From an uncultured Planctomycetia bacterium (GTDB lineage: Bacteria; Omnitrophota; Gorgyraeia; 2-01-FULL-45-10; JAHFGN01): DNA of 64,000 nt. Of the stretch, positions 29,769 through 40,115 are shown piece after piece. The stretch spans positions 10,975 through 74,974 of the forward strand of contig CAYHAE010000006.1 of NCBI GenBank assembly GCA_964354545.1, given 5' to 3'. Below the pieces are notes generated by a model that saw only the letters and a list, made by a program, of their open reading frames with translations, was not told the DNA's origin and searched no databases. Position 1 is the stretch's first letter; every line of letters starts with the position of its first letter. The position numbers and the translations under genes were made by a program.

Positions 29769-30914
29769 TTACAAAAAGATAAGTCCGATACAGGCAAGCG
29801 CCGCCATAAGGGAGCCGTAGAAAAACGTCGCGGGCCCGCCGAAGAGGCCCCACAACAGCCCCCCTATGAGGCTTGCAAAGAGACTCAAAGCGCCTGTCAC
29901 AAAATGGTAGGCCCCGAGCGCAGAGGCCCGCGCCTCCTGCGGGACCAGGTCCGAGATAAACGCCTTTCCGATGCCGTCGGTCATTGCCATATAAAATCCG
30001 TAGATAAAGAATAGAGCCCACACTTCCGCTCTTTTAACCGCGATGCCGAACCCTGCATAGACGAATGCGAACACGAGATACCCGCCCGCCAGAACCCACT
30101 TCCGCGGAACCCTGTCCGACAGGGCGCCGAACGGAAGGGAGAACAGCGAGTAGGTGACGTTGTAGGCGACGTACGTGAGGATCACCAGGGTCGTTGTGAA
30201 TCCCAGGCCTTTTGCCCTTATAATGAGGAAGGCGTCGCTCGAATTTCCCAGTGCGAAGATGCTCGACACGAAGAGGAATTTTGCGAACTGGGGCCCGAAG
30301 AGCTTCAGGTTGAATTTCAACGGGACGGCGCCCGCCGGAACCCGAGGCTCGCTTTTCAGATAGATGAATATGACCGCAACCGAGAGGGCCGCCGGGAGGA
30401 ACGAAAGGAGGAATATGGCTCTAAGGTTTCCTTTGAGCATGGCGAGCAGCGCGATCGCGATGAGGGGGCCGAGGACTGCGCCGATGGTGTCCATGGCCCT
30501 GTGAAATCCGAATGCCGCACCCCTCACTTCGGGCGCGCAGGAGTCCGCGATGAGCGCGTCGCGGGGCGCTGTGCGCAGACCCTTTCCAAAACGGTCAACG
30601 AATCTCGCGATCAATACCGTAGGCCACACGTACGCGAGCGCGAGCAGCGGTTTCGCGATAGCGGAGAGGGAATAGCCGGCTGCGATGAAAGGCCGCCTCT
30701 TCCTGACCTTATCAGAAAGCCAGCCGGAGACCGCTTTGAGGAAGCTCGCGGTGGATTCGGCAATACCCTCGATGAGCCCCACTATGGCCATGGGCGCGCC
30801 GAGCACAGAGGTCAAAAATATCGGCACGATGGGATAGAGCATCTCGCTCGAAATATCGGTGAAAAGGCTTACGAAACCGAGGACAATTATGTTCTTAGGG
30901 AGCTTTTTGGACAT
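29769..30914 (-). CDS. MFS transporter
   Basis: 12 TMs, with the MFS loop motif between TM2 and TM3. Confidence 0.8.
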   Translation of the reverse strand: MSKKLPKNIIVLGFVSLFTDISSEMLYPIVPIFLTSVLGAPMAIVGLIEGIAESTASFLKAVSGWLSDKVRKRRPFIAAGYSLSAIAKPLLALAYVWPTVLIARFVDRFGKGLRTAPRDALIADSCAPEVRGAAFGFHRAMDTIGAVLGPLIAIALLAMLKGNLRAIFLLSFLPAALSVAVIFIYLKSEPRVPAGAVPLKFNLKLFGPQFAKFLFVSSIFALGNSSDAFLIIRAKGLGFTTTLVILTYVAYNVTYSLFSLPFGALSDRVPRKWVLAGGYLVFAFVYAGFGIAVKRAEVWALFFIYGFYMAMTDGIGKAFISDLVPQEARASALGAYHFVTGALSLFASLIGGLLWGLFGGPATFFYGSLMAALACIGLIFL

Positions 30915-31160
30915 ATGTATAGCCGCGTAAGAGCCATATCGACTACGAATAAAATCGAAAGTGCGAATATCGTCCGCCGAAAGCGGAAGAATTTGTTTAG
31001 GATTTTCCGTCAGAGGCGAATCAGCTGCGGCTGACGTGCTTCGAATTTGAGACCGTCGAAAAAGGTTCTCAACACTCGTTTGCAGTATCCGTCACGACAA
31101 AAAGAGGGGTTTTTCAACGGTCTCAATTTTCGGATTTCGTATTTTTCACTAAGGGCTGCG

Positions 31161-32405
31161 TTACGGAGCGGGGGTCTTCACGCACTCCATCTCCACGACC
31201 TTGTTCCCTTCCATCTTCTTGATCACGCAGGTCCATCCGCCGAGCGAAACCTTCTCATTCTCCTGCGGCAGCCTTTTCAATGCGGCCCTGATATAACTGC
31301 CGATAGTGATGAATTCTTTCTCCGGCAGGTTCAGGCTGAACTCCCTATTGAGCCTCTTGAGCCTGCACCGGTCGCTCAATGCGTACCTGTCCTCGGATAT
31401 CTTCTCTATCTCAGGCCTTCTCACATCGTATTCATCCGATATCTCTCCGACGATCTCCTCCAGGAGGTCCTCCAGCGTCACGACCCCCTCGATCTTTCCC
31501 CGGGCATCGACCACTATCGCGATATGCGTCCTGCCCTTCTGGAACTCTTTCAAAAGTTCGTTCACCTTCCTCGACCCGGCGACGAACGTCGGCGGATAGA
31601 CCATGTCCCGCAGGATGATGAGCTCCCTGTGCTCCCAGAAGTTCAAAAGGTCTTTCACGTTAATGACGCCTATGATGTTATCGGGGCTGTCCTTGTACGC
31701 CGGTAACCGCGAATATCCCGACTCCAATACGGTCCTCATGATCTCTTCATATTTCGAATCGACGTTCAGCATGACCATGGCCGACTTCGGCGTCATCACC
31801 CCTCTCACGACCGTGTCGCCGAACTCGAACACCTTCGAGAGGAGCCTCCCCTCTTCTTTCCCTATCGAGCCTTCTTCCTCCCCTATCGTGATGAGCCCGC
31901 GTATCTCTTCCTCGGTGACGAGCGAGGGCTTGCTCGCCGACCCGACCCCGAGCAGTCTCGTCGCGAGGTTGATGAAGCGCGCGAGGATGTTGACGACGGG
32001 CGACAGGAACCATATGAGGAAGTCGGTGGATCTCGCGAGGAGGAACGAAACCCTCTCCGACCGCCTTGCCGCGACCGTCTTTGCGGTGACCTCCGATACG
32101 ATGATCGCCGCAGTCGCCAAGATGGTGGCAAAGACCACGCCGCGCCGTTCGTTCCCGAGGAGGTGGATCATGATCGCGGTGAGGATGGATGCGAGGAGTA
32201 CGTCGACGATATTATTCGCGACGAGTATCGTGCCAAAGAACCGTTCCGGCGTTTCCAGGATCTTTAACACCTTTTTGGCCACGGTCGAACCGGACGCGGC
32301 CAGCCGCCGCAATTTTACGCGGCTCACCGCAGTAATAGAGGTCTCGGCCGCTGCGGTCAGGGCGGCGAAGACGATCAATAGCGCGATCAAAATGGTTTCG
32401 AACAT
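31161..32405 (-). CDS. CNNM/HlyC-CorC family protein (DUF21 + CBS pair + CorC_HlyC)
   Basis: DUF21 TM domain, tandem CBS domains, C-terminal transporter-associated domain. Confidence 0.85.
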   Translation of the reverse strand: MFETILIALLIVFAALTAAAETSITAVSRVKLRRLAASGSTVAKKVLKILETPERFFGTILVANNIVDVLLASILTAIMIHLLGNERRGVVFATILATAAIIVSEVTAKTVAARRSERVSFLLARSTDFLIWFLSPVVNILARFINLATRLLGVGSASKPSLVTEEEIRGLITIGEEEGSIGKEEGRLLSKVFEFGDTVVRGVMTPKSAMVMLNVDSKYEEIMRTVLESGYSRLPAYKDSPDNIIGVINVKDLLNFWEHRELIILRDMVYPPTFVAGSRKVNELLKEFQKGRTHIAIVVDARGKIEGVVTLEDLLEEIVGEISDEYDVRRPEIEKISEDRYALSDRCRLKRLNREFSLNLPEKEFITIGSYIRAALKRLPQENEKVSLGGWTCVIKKMEGNKVVEMECVKTPAP

Positions 32406-32444
32406 ACCTTGCGATGCCTCATTACGTCCCGGGCGAGCGCACGC

Positions 32445-32939
32445 CTACGCCGTCAACATGGTCCTTCTTCTATATCGTATGACGACGAACAACGTGAGAA
32501 TGAAAAGGGCTAAGGTGAGGTAGAGTATCTTATCGCCTATCTTTTCAGGGGTGAGAAAACCTCTCTCGACTACTTTGACCTTGTAGGCGTGTATATCCAG
32601 CTCTCCCTTATGTTCTTTGCATGCCCTGTTGAAGACGCCTTCGACTTCGATGATATCCCCTCGATTCTTGTAATCTCCGACGAACGCAACCTCCCTTAAA
32701 AGTTCGGTCCTGCACCAGACACCGATCGCATTATCGCCGTCATGCACGTTTATCCAGGAGTGGGCGCCCCTGCCCAGTATCGCGGTGACGGCTTCTCCCC
32801 TGTACACGACCATCCTGCCGTCCAGGTCATTCGCTTTCTCGATCAGCTCATCGCTCAATACCGTATACGCTTCGCAGCACGGCAGCGAGAATAACGTACA
32901 CAAGACGATAATAAGCCCGCATCGCACGAACCGGTTCAT
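32445..32939 (-). CDS. Hypothetical membrane-anchored protein (N-terminal signal/TM, OB-fold-like middle, C-terminal TM)
   Basis: ORF with unbiased composition; overlaps trkH by 4 nt. Confidence 0.4.
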   Translation of the reverse strand: MNRFVRCGLIIVLCTLFSLPCCEAYTVLSDELIEKANDLDGRMVVYRGEAVTAILGRGAHSWINVHDGDNAIGVWCRTELLREVAFVGDYKNRGDIIEVEGVFNRACKEHKGELDIHAYKVKVVERGFLTPEKIGDKILYLTLALFILTLFVVIRYRRRTMLTA

Positions 32940-34471
32940 TTCTTCCCCTTAATGGCGGCGATAAATATTCCGCCCAGTACAAATATCGAGATGAACTCGA
33001 GCCTCCCCGCCCACATCTGGAATATGTATACGATCTTCAACACAGCAGGCATCGACGAGTGCGTGATGCCGCAGCTTAAACCCACGTTCGCAGCAGCCGA
33101 GACGGACTCAAAGAGGGCCTCGCTCAAAGAGTACCCGAAGAACATGCCTGCGATCGTACCGAAGAGATAGAGGTTGATGTACGACAGGAAGACGAGGCTC
33201 GCGCTCCTTACGTGCCTGTCCTCCAGGATCATATCCTTGATATGGTGTATCTTCTGTATGAGGACCGCGGACTCCGGCATGACCAATTTCTTTATATCCT
33301 GGCGCAGCGCCTTATAGACGACCCCTATCCTCAACACCTTTATCGCGCCGGTCGTTGAACAGATGCTCCCGCCCACCGCCATCGCGAGCGTGATGCCGAA
33401 CATCGCCATCGGCCCCCACTCGTTCACGAACTGCCGCGGGTATATCGTGCTGTAGCCGGTCCCCGTGTGGCCTGAGATGAGCTGGTAGAAGGTCTTGCTG
33501 AAGAGAGAGAGCCTGTCGGGATAGAGGTTCGCCCAGATCGTGCCCCACGCCGTGATCGACAGGGTAACCACGATGCTCAAGGCGAGTGTCCGTATCTCGA
33601 TATTCTTATACAGCTCGCGCCTGTTCCCGGTCCATACCGCATAGTGGAGCGCAAAATTGATCGCACCCAAAATCATGATCGCAACAGTGATAAGCTCAAA
33701 AGAAAAATTATGATAGAAGAGTATGCTCTGTGACTGAGGCGTGAACCCTCCGGTGTCCCACGCCGCCATGAATATGCACACGCTGTCAAAGACGGCCTTC
33801 GCGGGCTCCAGGCCCCCTTTTATCGCAGAAAACGTCAGCGCTGCGCTTCCCAGCACAAGGTATACGATGCTTACGAGCCATATGAACCGCGCCGTCTGAA
33901 TGATGTTAGGCAGTATCTTCTCATCCCTCGCCTCGCCGACATACATGCTGAACGCCCCCGGCGTTCCCTTGAACAGGAATGTGAGCGCCATCACGACGAT
34001 CCCCTGGCCCCCTATGAACATCGTCTCGTGCCGCCAGAAGTTATAGGCGCACGCCATGTGCTCGAGGTCGTTCGCGAGGGAGAGGCCCGTGGTCGCATAT
34101 CCGCTCATCATCTCAAATGACGCGTCGAGGAACGATTTGTAGTGGCCGCTCAAGAACAAGGGGACCGCCGATACGAGCATCGCGACGATCCAGGAGAGCG
34201 CGGCGACGGCCATCGCATGCACCGTCGCGAGATCTCTTTTCGAATAGAATACCGCGGTGAGCAGGTACCCGAGGCAGAGGGTGAACGATATGCTGAAAGC
34301 GAAGTCGAGGGCGGGCTTCCATTCTCTGAAGAAAAATGCGACGGCGAGCGGGAAGACCTGGACGATCCCGAGGCCCACGGTGATCTTTCCCAAGTAATAG
34401 CCTACGAGCTTCGCGTCATCCCAATCGGGCCTCAATATCATCTGATGAATACCCTCCACCAGACGGCGCAT
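32936..34471 (-). CDS. trkH: TrkH/KtrB-family K+ uptake membrane protein
   Basis: Repeated MPM selectivity-filter-like motifs GYATTGLS, GHTGTGYS. Confidence 0.85.
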   Translation of the reverse strand: MRRLVEGIHQMILRPDWDDAKLVGYYLGKITVGLGIVQVFPLAVAFFFREWKPALDFAFSISFTLCLGYLLTAVFYSKRDLATVHAMAVAALSWIVAMLVSAVPLFLSGHYKSFLDASFEMMSGYATTGLSLANDLEHMACAYNFWRHETMFIGGQGIVVMALTFLFKGTPGAFSMYVGEARDEKILPNIIQTARFIWLVSIVYLVLGSAALTFSAIKGGLEPAKAVFDSVCIFMAAWDTGGFTPQSQSILFYHNFSFELITVAIMILGAINFALHYAVWTGNRRELYKNIEIRTLALSIVVTLSITAWGTIWANLYPDRLSLFSKTFYQLISGHTGTGYSTIYPRQFVNEWGPMAMFGITLAMAVGGSICSTTGAIKVLRIGVVYKALRQDIKKLVMPESAVLIQKIHHIKDMILEDRHVRSASLVFLSYINLYLFGTIAGMFFGYSLSEALFESVSAAANVGLSCGITHSSMPAVLKIVYIFQMWAGRLEFISIFVLGGIFIAAIKGKK

Positions 34472-34585
34472 ACAAGGAATCCTATCACGATGACGAGCGC
34501 GATGAGGAGCAGCTCCGCCGCGATACCGAGGACGCCGTTCAGGACCGACCTCGCAAGGACCCTCATTTTAATTTTTGTGGCCATC

Positions 34586-35251
34586 TCACTCTATCTTTCC
34601 TATCAACGTATCCAAGAGCGCTTTTTCGTTCTCGATGGTAGTGAGGGCGATGACGTCATCGCCCTTCTGCAAGACGGTATCCCCTTTTGGCACGATGACG
34701 TTCTCCGCCCTTACGATCGATACGAGGACCGAGTTCTGCGGCAGGCTGATATCCTTCACCTGCATGTCCACCACGGGAGAACTATCAACAAGGTCGACCC
34801 GTACGAGCGCGAGCTTCCCCCTCTTGAACGTGAGGAGGTTTATGAAGTCCTCGAACGAGGCCTCCTCCTCGATGATCTTTGCGATGATCGTCGTTGCATT
34901 GACGGGGACATCGACTCCGAGCTCCGAGAAGACGTGCTCATTCCTCGGATTGTTCACCCGCGCAACGGTGCGGCGTATCCCGAAGACCTCTTTCGCGAGC
35001 TGACAGATGACGAGGTTGTCCTCATCGTCTGCCGTGACGGCGGCTATGACGTCCGCGCGATTGATCTTGGCCTGCTCCAGGAATTTCGGATCGCACCCGT
35101 CTCCATGGATCACCATGGCGTCCAGATTCTGCGCGATACCTTCGCACCGGCCCTTGTCCTTTTCGATAATGGCCACGGTGTGCTTGTCCGCGATCAGTTT
35201 CTGGGCTAAATTAAAGCCTACCCTCCCCGCGCCCACTATGACAATGTACAT
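34586..35251 (-). CDS. trkA: TrkA (TrkA-N NAD-binding plus TrkA-C)
   Basis: Rossmann motif VIVGAGRVG. Confidence 0.85.
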   Translation of the reverse strand: MYIVIVGAGRVGFNLAQKLIADKHTVAIIEKDKGRCEGIAQNLDAMVIHGDGCDPKFLEQAKINRADVIAAVTADDEDNLVICQLAKEVFGIRRTVARVNNPRNEHVFSELGVDVPVNATTIIAKIIEEEASFEDFINLLTFKRGKLALVRVDLVDSSPVVDMQVKDISLPQNSVLVSIVRAENVIVPKGDTVLQKGDDVIALTTIENEKALLDTLIGKIE

Positions 35252-35280
35252 AGTCCCGCCCCTTCCTTTCGGCCTAAAGT

Positions 35281-35928
35281 CTACGCGAGCTTGAAGATCT
35301 TCTTCACCTTGCGCAGGCTGTCGATCGCGACGACGCCCATGATCGTGTCGTTGAGCTGTATTGCGGTATCCTTCTTCGGAATGAACACCTTCTTCTCCCT
35401 TTCGATCGCCACAATGACGAACTCTCCCGGGATGTTCAATGCCTCTATCGGCTTGCCCCTCAAGTCCTCGTTTCCCGTGATCTCTATGACCCCGATGTCG
35501 CTCGACTCAATGAGGTAGCTCGAAAACCTGTTCTCTATTATCTTGTCCCTTATCATGGCCGCGACGAGGACCGTCCCGCTTATGATATCCATCCCGAGCT
35601 TCCTGTATATCATTGCCCTGCGCGGATCGTACACCCTCGCGATGACCCTGGGGACCATGAATATCTTCTTTGCGATCTGGCTCGCCATGAGGTTCGTGTT
35701 GTCGCCGCTCGTGACGGCAACGAACGCGTCCTGGCGGTCGATCTTCAGCTCCCTCAGGAGTTTTTCGTCAAAGCCGTTCCCTACGACCGCGACGCCGTTG
35801 AAGGTCTCCCCGAGCCTTTTGAGGGATTCCTGATTCTTATCTATTATCGTGACGTTGTGACCCTCTCGCGCCAAAAGCATTGCGAGCTGCGACCCGACCC
35901 TGCCACACCCTACGATCATGATATTCAT
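35281..35928 (-). CDS. trkA: TrkA (second copy)
   Basis: Rossmann motif MIVGCGRVG. Confidence 0.85.
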   Translation of the reverse strand: MNIMIVGCGRVGSQLAMLLAREGHNVTIIDKNQESLKRLGETFNGVAVVGNGFDEKLLRELKIDRQDAFVAVTSGDNTNLMASQIAKKIFMVPRVIARVYDPRRAMIYRKLGMDIISGTVLVAAMIRDKIIENRFSSYLIESSDIGVIEITGNEDLRGKPIEALNIPGEFVIVAIEREKKVFIPKKDTAIQLNDTIMGVVAIDSLRKVKKIFKLA

Positions 35929-35969
35929 TCCTGCGTACCCCCATTCTGCCCATTCAGCCGGCGACCGGG

Positions 35970-36398
35970 CTACCTCTCGTCGCGTACCGCTGCGATGCTG
36001 AGACGCCGTACGCCAAGTCCATTTGTGACATCGAGGACCTTCACGACATTATGGAACCGCACACGCCTGTCGACCCGAAAGACGATGGGGAGCGACCGGT
36101 CCTTCTCGAGCAACGAGCCGAGCTCTCTCCTGAGCATCTTTATATCAACGAGCGCAGTGCCGAGATATATCTTCCCGTCCTTAGTAAGCGCGATGTTCAC
36201 CTGCTCCTGCCCCTCGAGCGAAACGGTGCTCTTCGATTCAGGTAACTTGAGCTCAACTTTCGTGAGCCTATCCGGTTTAAAGGTATAGAGGAGGCTGAAT
36301 GAGATGAAAAAGAAGATGAACATGTTCAACACGATATCCGTCATCGCGACGGATTCCAGGGCAACGATGTAGTCTTTTGTAGGCGCGATCTTTATCAT
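35970..36398 (-). CDS. ExbD/TolR-family protein
   Basis: Single N-terminal TM, ExbD fold, 142 aa. Confidence 0.8.
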   Translation of the reverse strand: MIKIAPTKDYIVALESVAMTDIVLNMFIFFFISFSLLYTFKPDRLTKVELKLPESKSTVSLEGQEQVNIALTKDGKIYLGTALVDIKMLRRELGSLLEKDRSLPIVFRVDRRVRFHNVVKVLDVTNGLGVRRLSIAAVRDER

Positions 36399-36422
36399 CG
36401 TGATATAGCCGTGTGCGGGACG

Positions 36423-37103
36423 CTACGCGGTCTTCTCGAGAACTCTCGCGCGAGAGGTCTCCCGTTCAACCCCGCGCCCTCCCTCGGGCCCCCGGTTGAT
36501 CTCTGAGACGATCTCAATAAATTCCATCGAGGAATCCGACAATTCGAACGAGATATACTTTATGCGCGATATGATATAGTTACAAATAAGGTAGTAGGGG
36601 ACAGCGATGATGAGCCCCGCCGCGGTCGTGATCATCGCCTCATAGATACCCTGTGCGAGAGCGCTCACGGTGATGTTCGACCCTGCCCGCTCCCACGCCA
36701 TGAATGCCTTTATCAATCCCGTGATCGTTCCCAGGAAACCAAGGAGCGGCTCGATGCCGATTATCGATATGAGGCCGCCTATATATTCCTCAAGTTTTTT
36801 GATCTGGATGTTCCCGACGCGCTCCAGCGCCTTCTCCAGTTCGTGGACGGGGAGGCCTTTCTTTTCTATGCCCGCATGGAGCACTCGTGCGAGAGGGGCC
36901 CTGGAATGGGCGTCGCAAAGCTTGAGGGCGCTATCGACGTCGCCGTCCCTGATGAGCGAGAACACCCTTTCCCTGAATGAATCAACGTCGAGCCGTATGG
37001 ACCACAGGTGCCAGATCTTCTCGATGATTATGGCGAGCCCTATGATGGAGCCGATGATGATGGGAATCATCACGGGGCCGCCTTTCACGAGTATCCACCA
37101 CAT
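36423..37103 (-). CDS. MotA/TolQ/ExbB proton-channel protein
   Basis: Three TMs, with the conserved TM2-3 region. Confidence 0.8.
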   Translation of the reverse strand: MWWILVKGGPVMIPIIIGSIIGLAIIIEKIWHLWSIRLDVDSFRERVFSLIRDGDVDSALKLCDAHSRAPLARVLHAGIEKKGLPVHELEKALERVGNIQIKKLEEYIGGLISIIGIEPLLGFLGTITGLIKAFMAWERAGSNITVSALAQGIYEAMITTAAGLIIAVPYYLICNYIISRIKYISFELSDSSMEFIEIVSEINRGPEGGRGVERETSRARVLEKTA

Positions 37104-37197
37104 GGGGGACTCCTTTGCAATAGATTAGCGTATAGCGTTTAGTAAATTTACTGATCCCTCACCGCTATACGCTAAAGAGTGCGCTCTGCCCTTATCT

Positions 37198-37788
37198 TCA
37201 TCCCTTCACGGCGGAAAATATCGTTTCGACGACACCTTTGCGCATCATCATGACCGCGATCGCAGCCAAAAGGAGGCTCGCGATCTTCGAAACGGCCTTC
37301 GATCCGGCCTTCCCCAGTACGCGTTCAATAGCGTCCGCAAAGGTGAAGACGAGCCACACGATCACGAGGTTCACCAGAAAAGAGAGGACGGTCGGTCCTA
37401 TGCCGTAGGTGTCGACCAGGATTATCATGGTCGTGAGGACCGCGGGCCCCGTGATCATCGGCGTGCCTATAGGGACTGCGCCGACCGTATCATGCGAAAC
37501 TCTGCCTGACTTCTCCCGCCTCAATATATCCGAAAGCGATATCGCCAGAAGCACGGCGCCGCCCGCTATCTTGAAGTCAGAGACCGATATCCCCAGCAGC
37601 CGGAATATCCATTTGCCGATGAACAGGAAGACGATGCCTATAGCAAATGCCGTGATGAGGGACTGGGTAATGACCCGGGTCTTCTCGTGCCTTTTGAGAC
37701 CTTCGGTGAAGGTGATAAAAAGCGGCAGGACGCCTATCGCATCTACCGCCACAAATAGAGGTATAAATGTAAGGAGGAATTCGCGCAT
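37198..37788 (-). CDS. MarC-family (UPF0056) membrane protein
   Basis: MarC signature; start moved from 37878 to M31 (MREFLL...). Confidence 0.7.
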   Translation of the reverse strand: MREFLLTFIPLFVAVDAIGVLPLFITFTEGLKRHEKTRVITQSLITAFAIGIVFLFIGKWIFRLLGISVSDFKIAGGAVLLAISLSDILRREKSGRVSHDTVGAVPIGTPMITGPAVLTTMIILVDTYGIGPTVLSFLVNLVIVWLVFTFADAIERVLGKAGSKAVSKIASLLLAAIAVMMMRKGVVETIFSAVKG

Positions 37789-38004
37789 GCACACCCTCCA
37801 TATAAGCGGAGCCCCCTTAAGGCCTAAAGGCCCGAAGGCTCCCTCCCCGAAGCAACATCCTATTCCGCAAGTTCCCATCCTCGGATTGAAAGCCAGGGAT
37901 TTCCTGCCTGCCGGCAGGCAGGTGCGGAGGGGATTAATGTATTATCTTATCACTTTACTCAGGATAAGTCAAAAGGTACGCGCATATGGATTAAGATACC
38001 GGGA

Positions 38005-38673
38005 CTACTTCGATTTAACGGCGGCGACCTTCACGAAATCGGCCGCATCCTCTATTTTATCGGTAACCCCTTCGAGGTATTCGGCCAATTGGTAGGTCAG
38101 GAAGAAGCTCACGGGCTCAAGCTTTGCGTGTAGTGCCGACTCGATGAGCGCCTTCTTCTGGTCGTCAGCCTCGTGCTCGAAGCGGTCCACGTCCGCGCAA
38201 TCGTCGAGCGCCTTTTTCAGATCGTTCTTCGTGAGCGCCTGGATCGCCTCTCTCAGCTTGGAGATGGAATTGAAGATGAGCTCGGTGGCGATCGATATAT
38301 TCGTCAGCACGTTGTCAGGAAGCCTCTGCTCAATGAACCCCAATAGGCGCGCTGAGCCGTTCGTCCAGTCAGCGATCCTATCGAGGGTCTTCACAAAGTG
38401 CATCATGTCTTCCCTGTCAGGCGGGAGGAGCAGGCCCTCAGAGAGCTGATCGACCATCTTCGACCTCAACACGTCTGCCCGATGCTCGCTCTCCCTCACC
38501 TTCGCGATCGCCTCCGCCTTCGCTGCCAGATCGCCCTTGATGAACGCCTTCACGGCATCGGCGAAATGCGAGACAGTCTGGCACGTCTCCTCAGCGTGTT
38601 TCTGCGCATCCTGCAGTATCGATTCCTCCTCGGCCATTCCCAGCCAGCCCAAAATGTTCCTTCTCTCCTTCAT
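38005..38673 (-). CDS. DUF47 (PhoU-like) protein, PiT-associated
   Basis: Two PhoU-like helical repeats; 10 nt downstream of pit. Confidence 0.8.
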   Translation of the reverse strand: MKERRNILGWLGMAEEESILQDAQKHAEETCQTVSHFADAVKAFIKGDLAAKAEAIAKVRESEHRADVLRSKMVDQLSEGLLLPPDREDMMHFVKTLDRIADWTNGSARLLGFIEQRLPDNVLTNISIATELIFNSISKLREAIQALTKNDLKKALDDCADVDRFEHEADDQKKALIESALHAKLEPVSFFLTYQLAEYLEGVTDKIEDAADFVKVAAVKSK

Positions 38674-38683
38674 GGCGACCTCC

Positions 38684-39670
38684 TCATGTAGTGCGCCTCA
38701 AAAAAACCATAACCGCTTTAAGTGCCAGATAGCTGACCGTGCCGGAGATAAACGGCGTGGCGAGCCAGCATACGATCATCTCTCGCGCGATGCGAAGATT
38801 GAGCACCCTCACACCCCTCACCAAACCCACCCCGAAGATAGCGCCGACGATGGAATGGCTCGTGGAGACCGGTATCCCAAAAAGTGTATAAATATGGACG
38901 TTGATGGCGCTTGCGAATTGCGCAGAGAACGCCATGACCGGCAAAAGGTGCGTGATCTCTGAGCCTATCGTCTCGATCACCTTGTATCCCCATGTGACGA
39001 TGCCCAATACTATCGCGAAGCCTCCTATAGCCACGCTCACCCGCAGCGAAAGTAAGCCTGACCCTACAAGGACGCCTACCGCGTTGGCGACATCATTCGC
39101 TCCCCAGGAATACGCCACATAACAACCGCTTATGATGACGAGAGATGTGACAAATGCCTTTAGATAGCGGCGAGGGATCACCCTATAGAACATATTTTTA
39201 AATATCCTGTAAAAGAGGTACCCTAAAAGCGCGGCGCCGAGGGGTGTTGCTATCCAGCATACGAATACGTCGAAGAGCACTTTCCACCTCACCGGCGCTC
39301 CGATCGCGAGGCCTGCGCCGGCTACAGCGCCCACGATGGAATGGCTCGTCGAAATGGGCATCTTCCAGTACGTGGCAAGGGCCACCCAGGCACAGGCGGA
39401 AAAACCGGCGACCAGCGCCACGTATACGGCAATGGTCCTGTCCAACGTATCCATCGGGATGATGCCTTTACCGATGGTCTTGACCACGTACGAGCCTTGT
39501 AGATAAGCACCGAGAAAACCGAAGATGGAGATGAGGATGATCGCCTGTCGCAGGTTCAGGGTCTTCGATCCTACGGCGGTGCCCAATGAATTTGCGGCAT
39601 CGTTGGCGCCGATCGACCAGCCAACCCCAACGCCCATTAATATCGTGAGGGCGATCAATACAATATACAT
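38684..39670 (-). CDS. pit: PiT-family inorganic phosphate transporter
   Basis: Duplicated signature GANDAANS / GANDVANA. Confidence 0.85.
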   Translation of the reverse strand: MYIVLIALTILMGVGVGWSIGANDAANSLGTAVGSKTLNLRQAIILISIFGFLGAYLQGSYVVKTIGKGIIPMDTLDRTIAVYVALVAGFSACAWVALATYWKMPISTSHSIVGAVAGAGLAIGAPVRWKVLFDVFVCWIATPLGAALLGYLFYRIFKNMFYRVIPRRYLKAFVTSLVIISGCYVAYSWGANDVANAVGVLVGSGLLSLRVSVAIGGFAIVLGIVTWGYKVIETIGSEITHLLPVMAFSAQFASAINVHIYTLFGIPVSTSHSIVGAIFGVGLVRGVRVLNLRIAREMIVCWLATPFISGTVSYLALKAVMVFLRRTT

Positions 39671-39760
39671 AAGTCCTTTATCAGGCTGCTCTCAAGTGTA
39701 ATAGTCGAATATCCCGGCATTCGCCTCACCCGCGTCTTTGCGGATCCTCAAGCCCCTGCT

Positions 39761-39812
39761 AAAAGAAAAAGGCAGATTGTCGCTGCACGGTGTGCTCGAT
39801 CTGCCTTTTTAA
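39761..39812. terminator. Bidirectional rho-independent terminator (AAAAGAAAAAGGCAGAT ... ATCTGCCTTTTT)
   Basis: 8-bp GC-containing stem flanked by an A-run and a T-run, about 60 nt after the DUF2934 stop. Confidence 0.6.
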
Positions 39813-39870
39813 GCTATTATCCTATATCCTCTTCGTGAAATGAGAGAGATATTTTGAAATGAGAGAGATA

Positions 39871-40080
39871 TTATTTCTTACCCCTCACAATCCTCTCGGC
39901 CTCCAGCCAGTCATCAAGAGAGTGGCCCGGCTTGCGGCCTCTCTTCTCCCATAGCTCATACGCCTTTTTCCGGATGAGTTCGGTGATCTGCTCGCCCGAC
40001 ATCTGAGGAGTGGCCGTAGGAGTTTGTGAAGGCGTAGATGATTTAGTCATCGACTCAAAACCTTTCACCATCCTTGCCAT
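39871..40080 (-). CDS. DUF2934 small protein
   Basis: Motif AYELWEKRGRKPGHSLDDWLEAE. Its own promoter and terminator make it monocistronic. Confidence 0.55.
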   Translation of the reverse strand: MARMVKGFESMTKSSTPSQTPTATPQMSGEQITELIRKKAYELWEKRGRKPGHSLDDWLEAERIVRGKK

Positions 40081-40115
40081 GTGTTCAACCTCCCTTCTTC
40101 ATTGTTAGGAAATAC

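Noticed and set aside
34142-35209. 355-aa plus-strand ORF
   Set aside because: Antisense to trkH and trkA; biased R/D/H/E composition.
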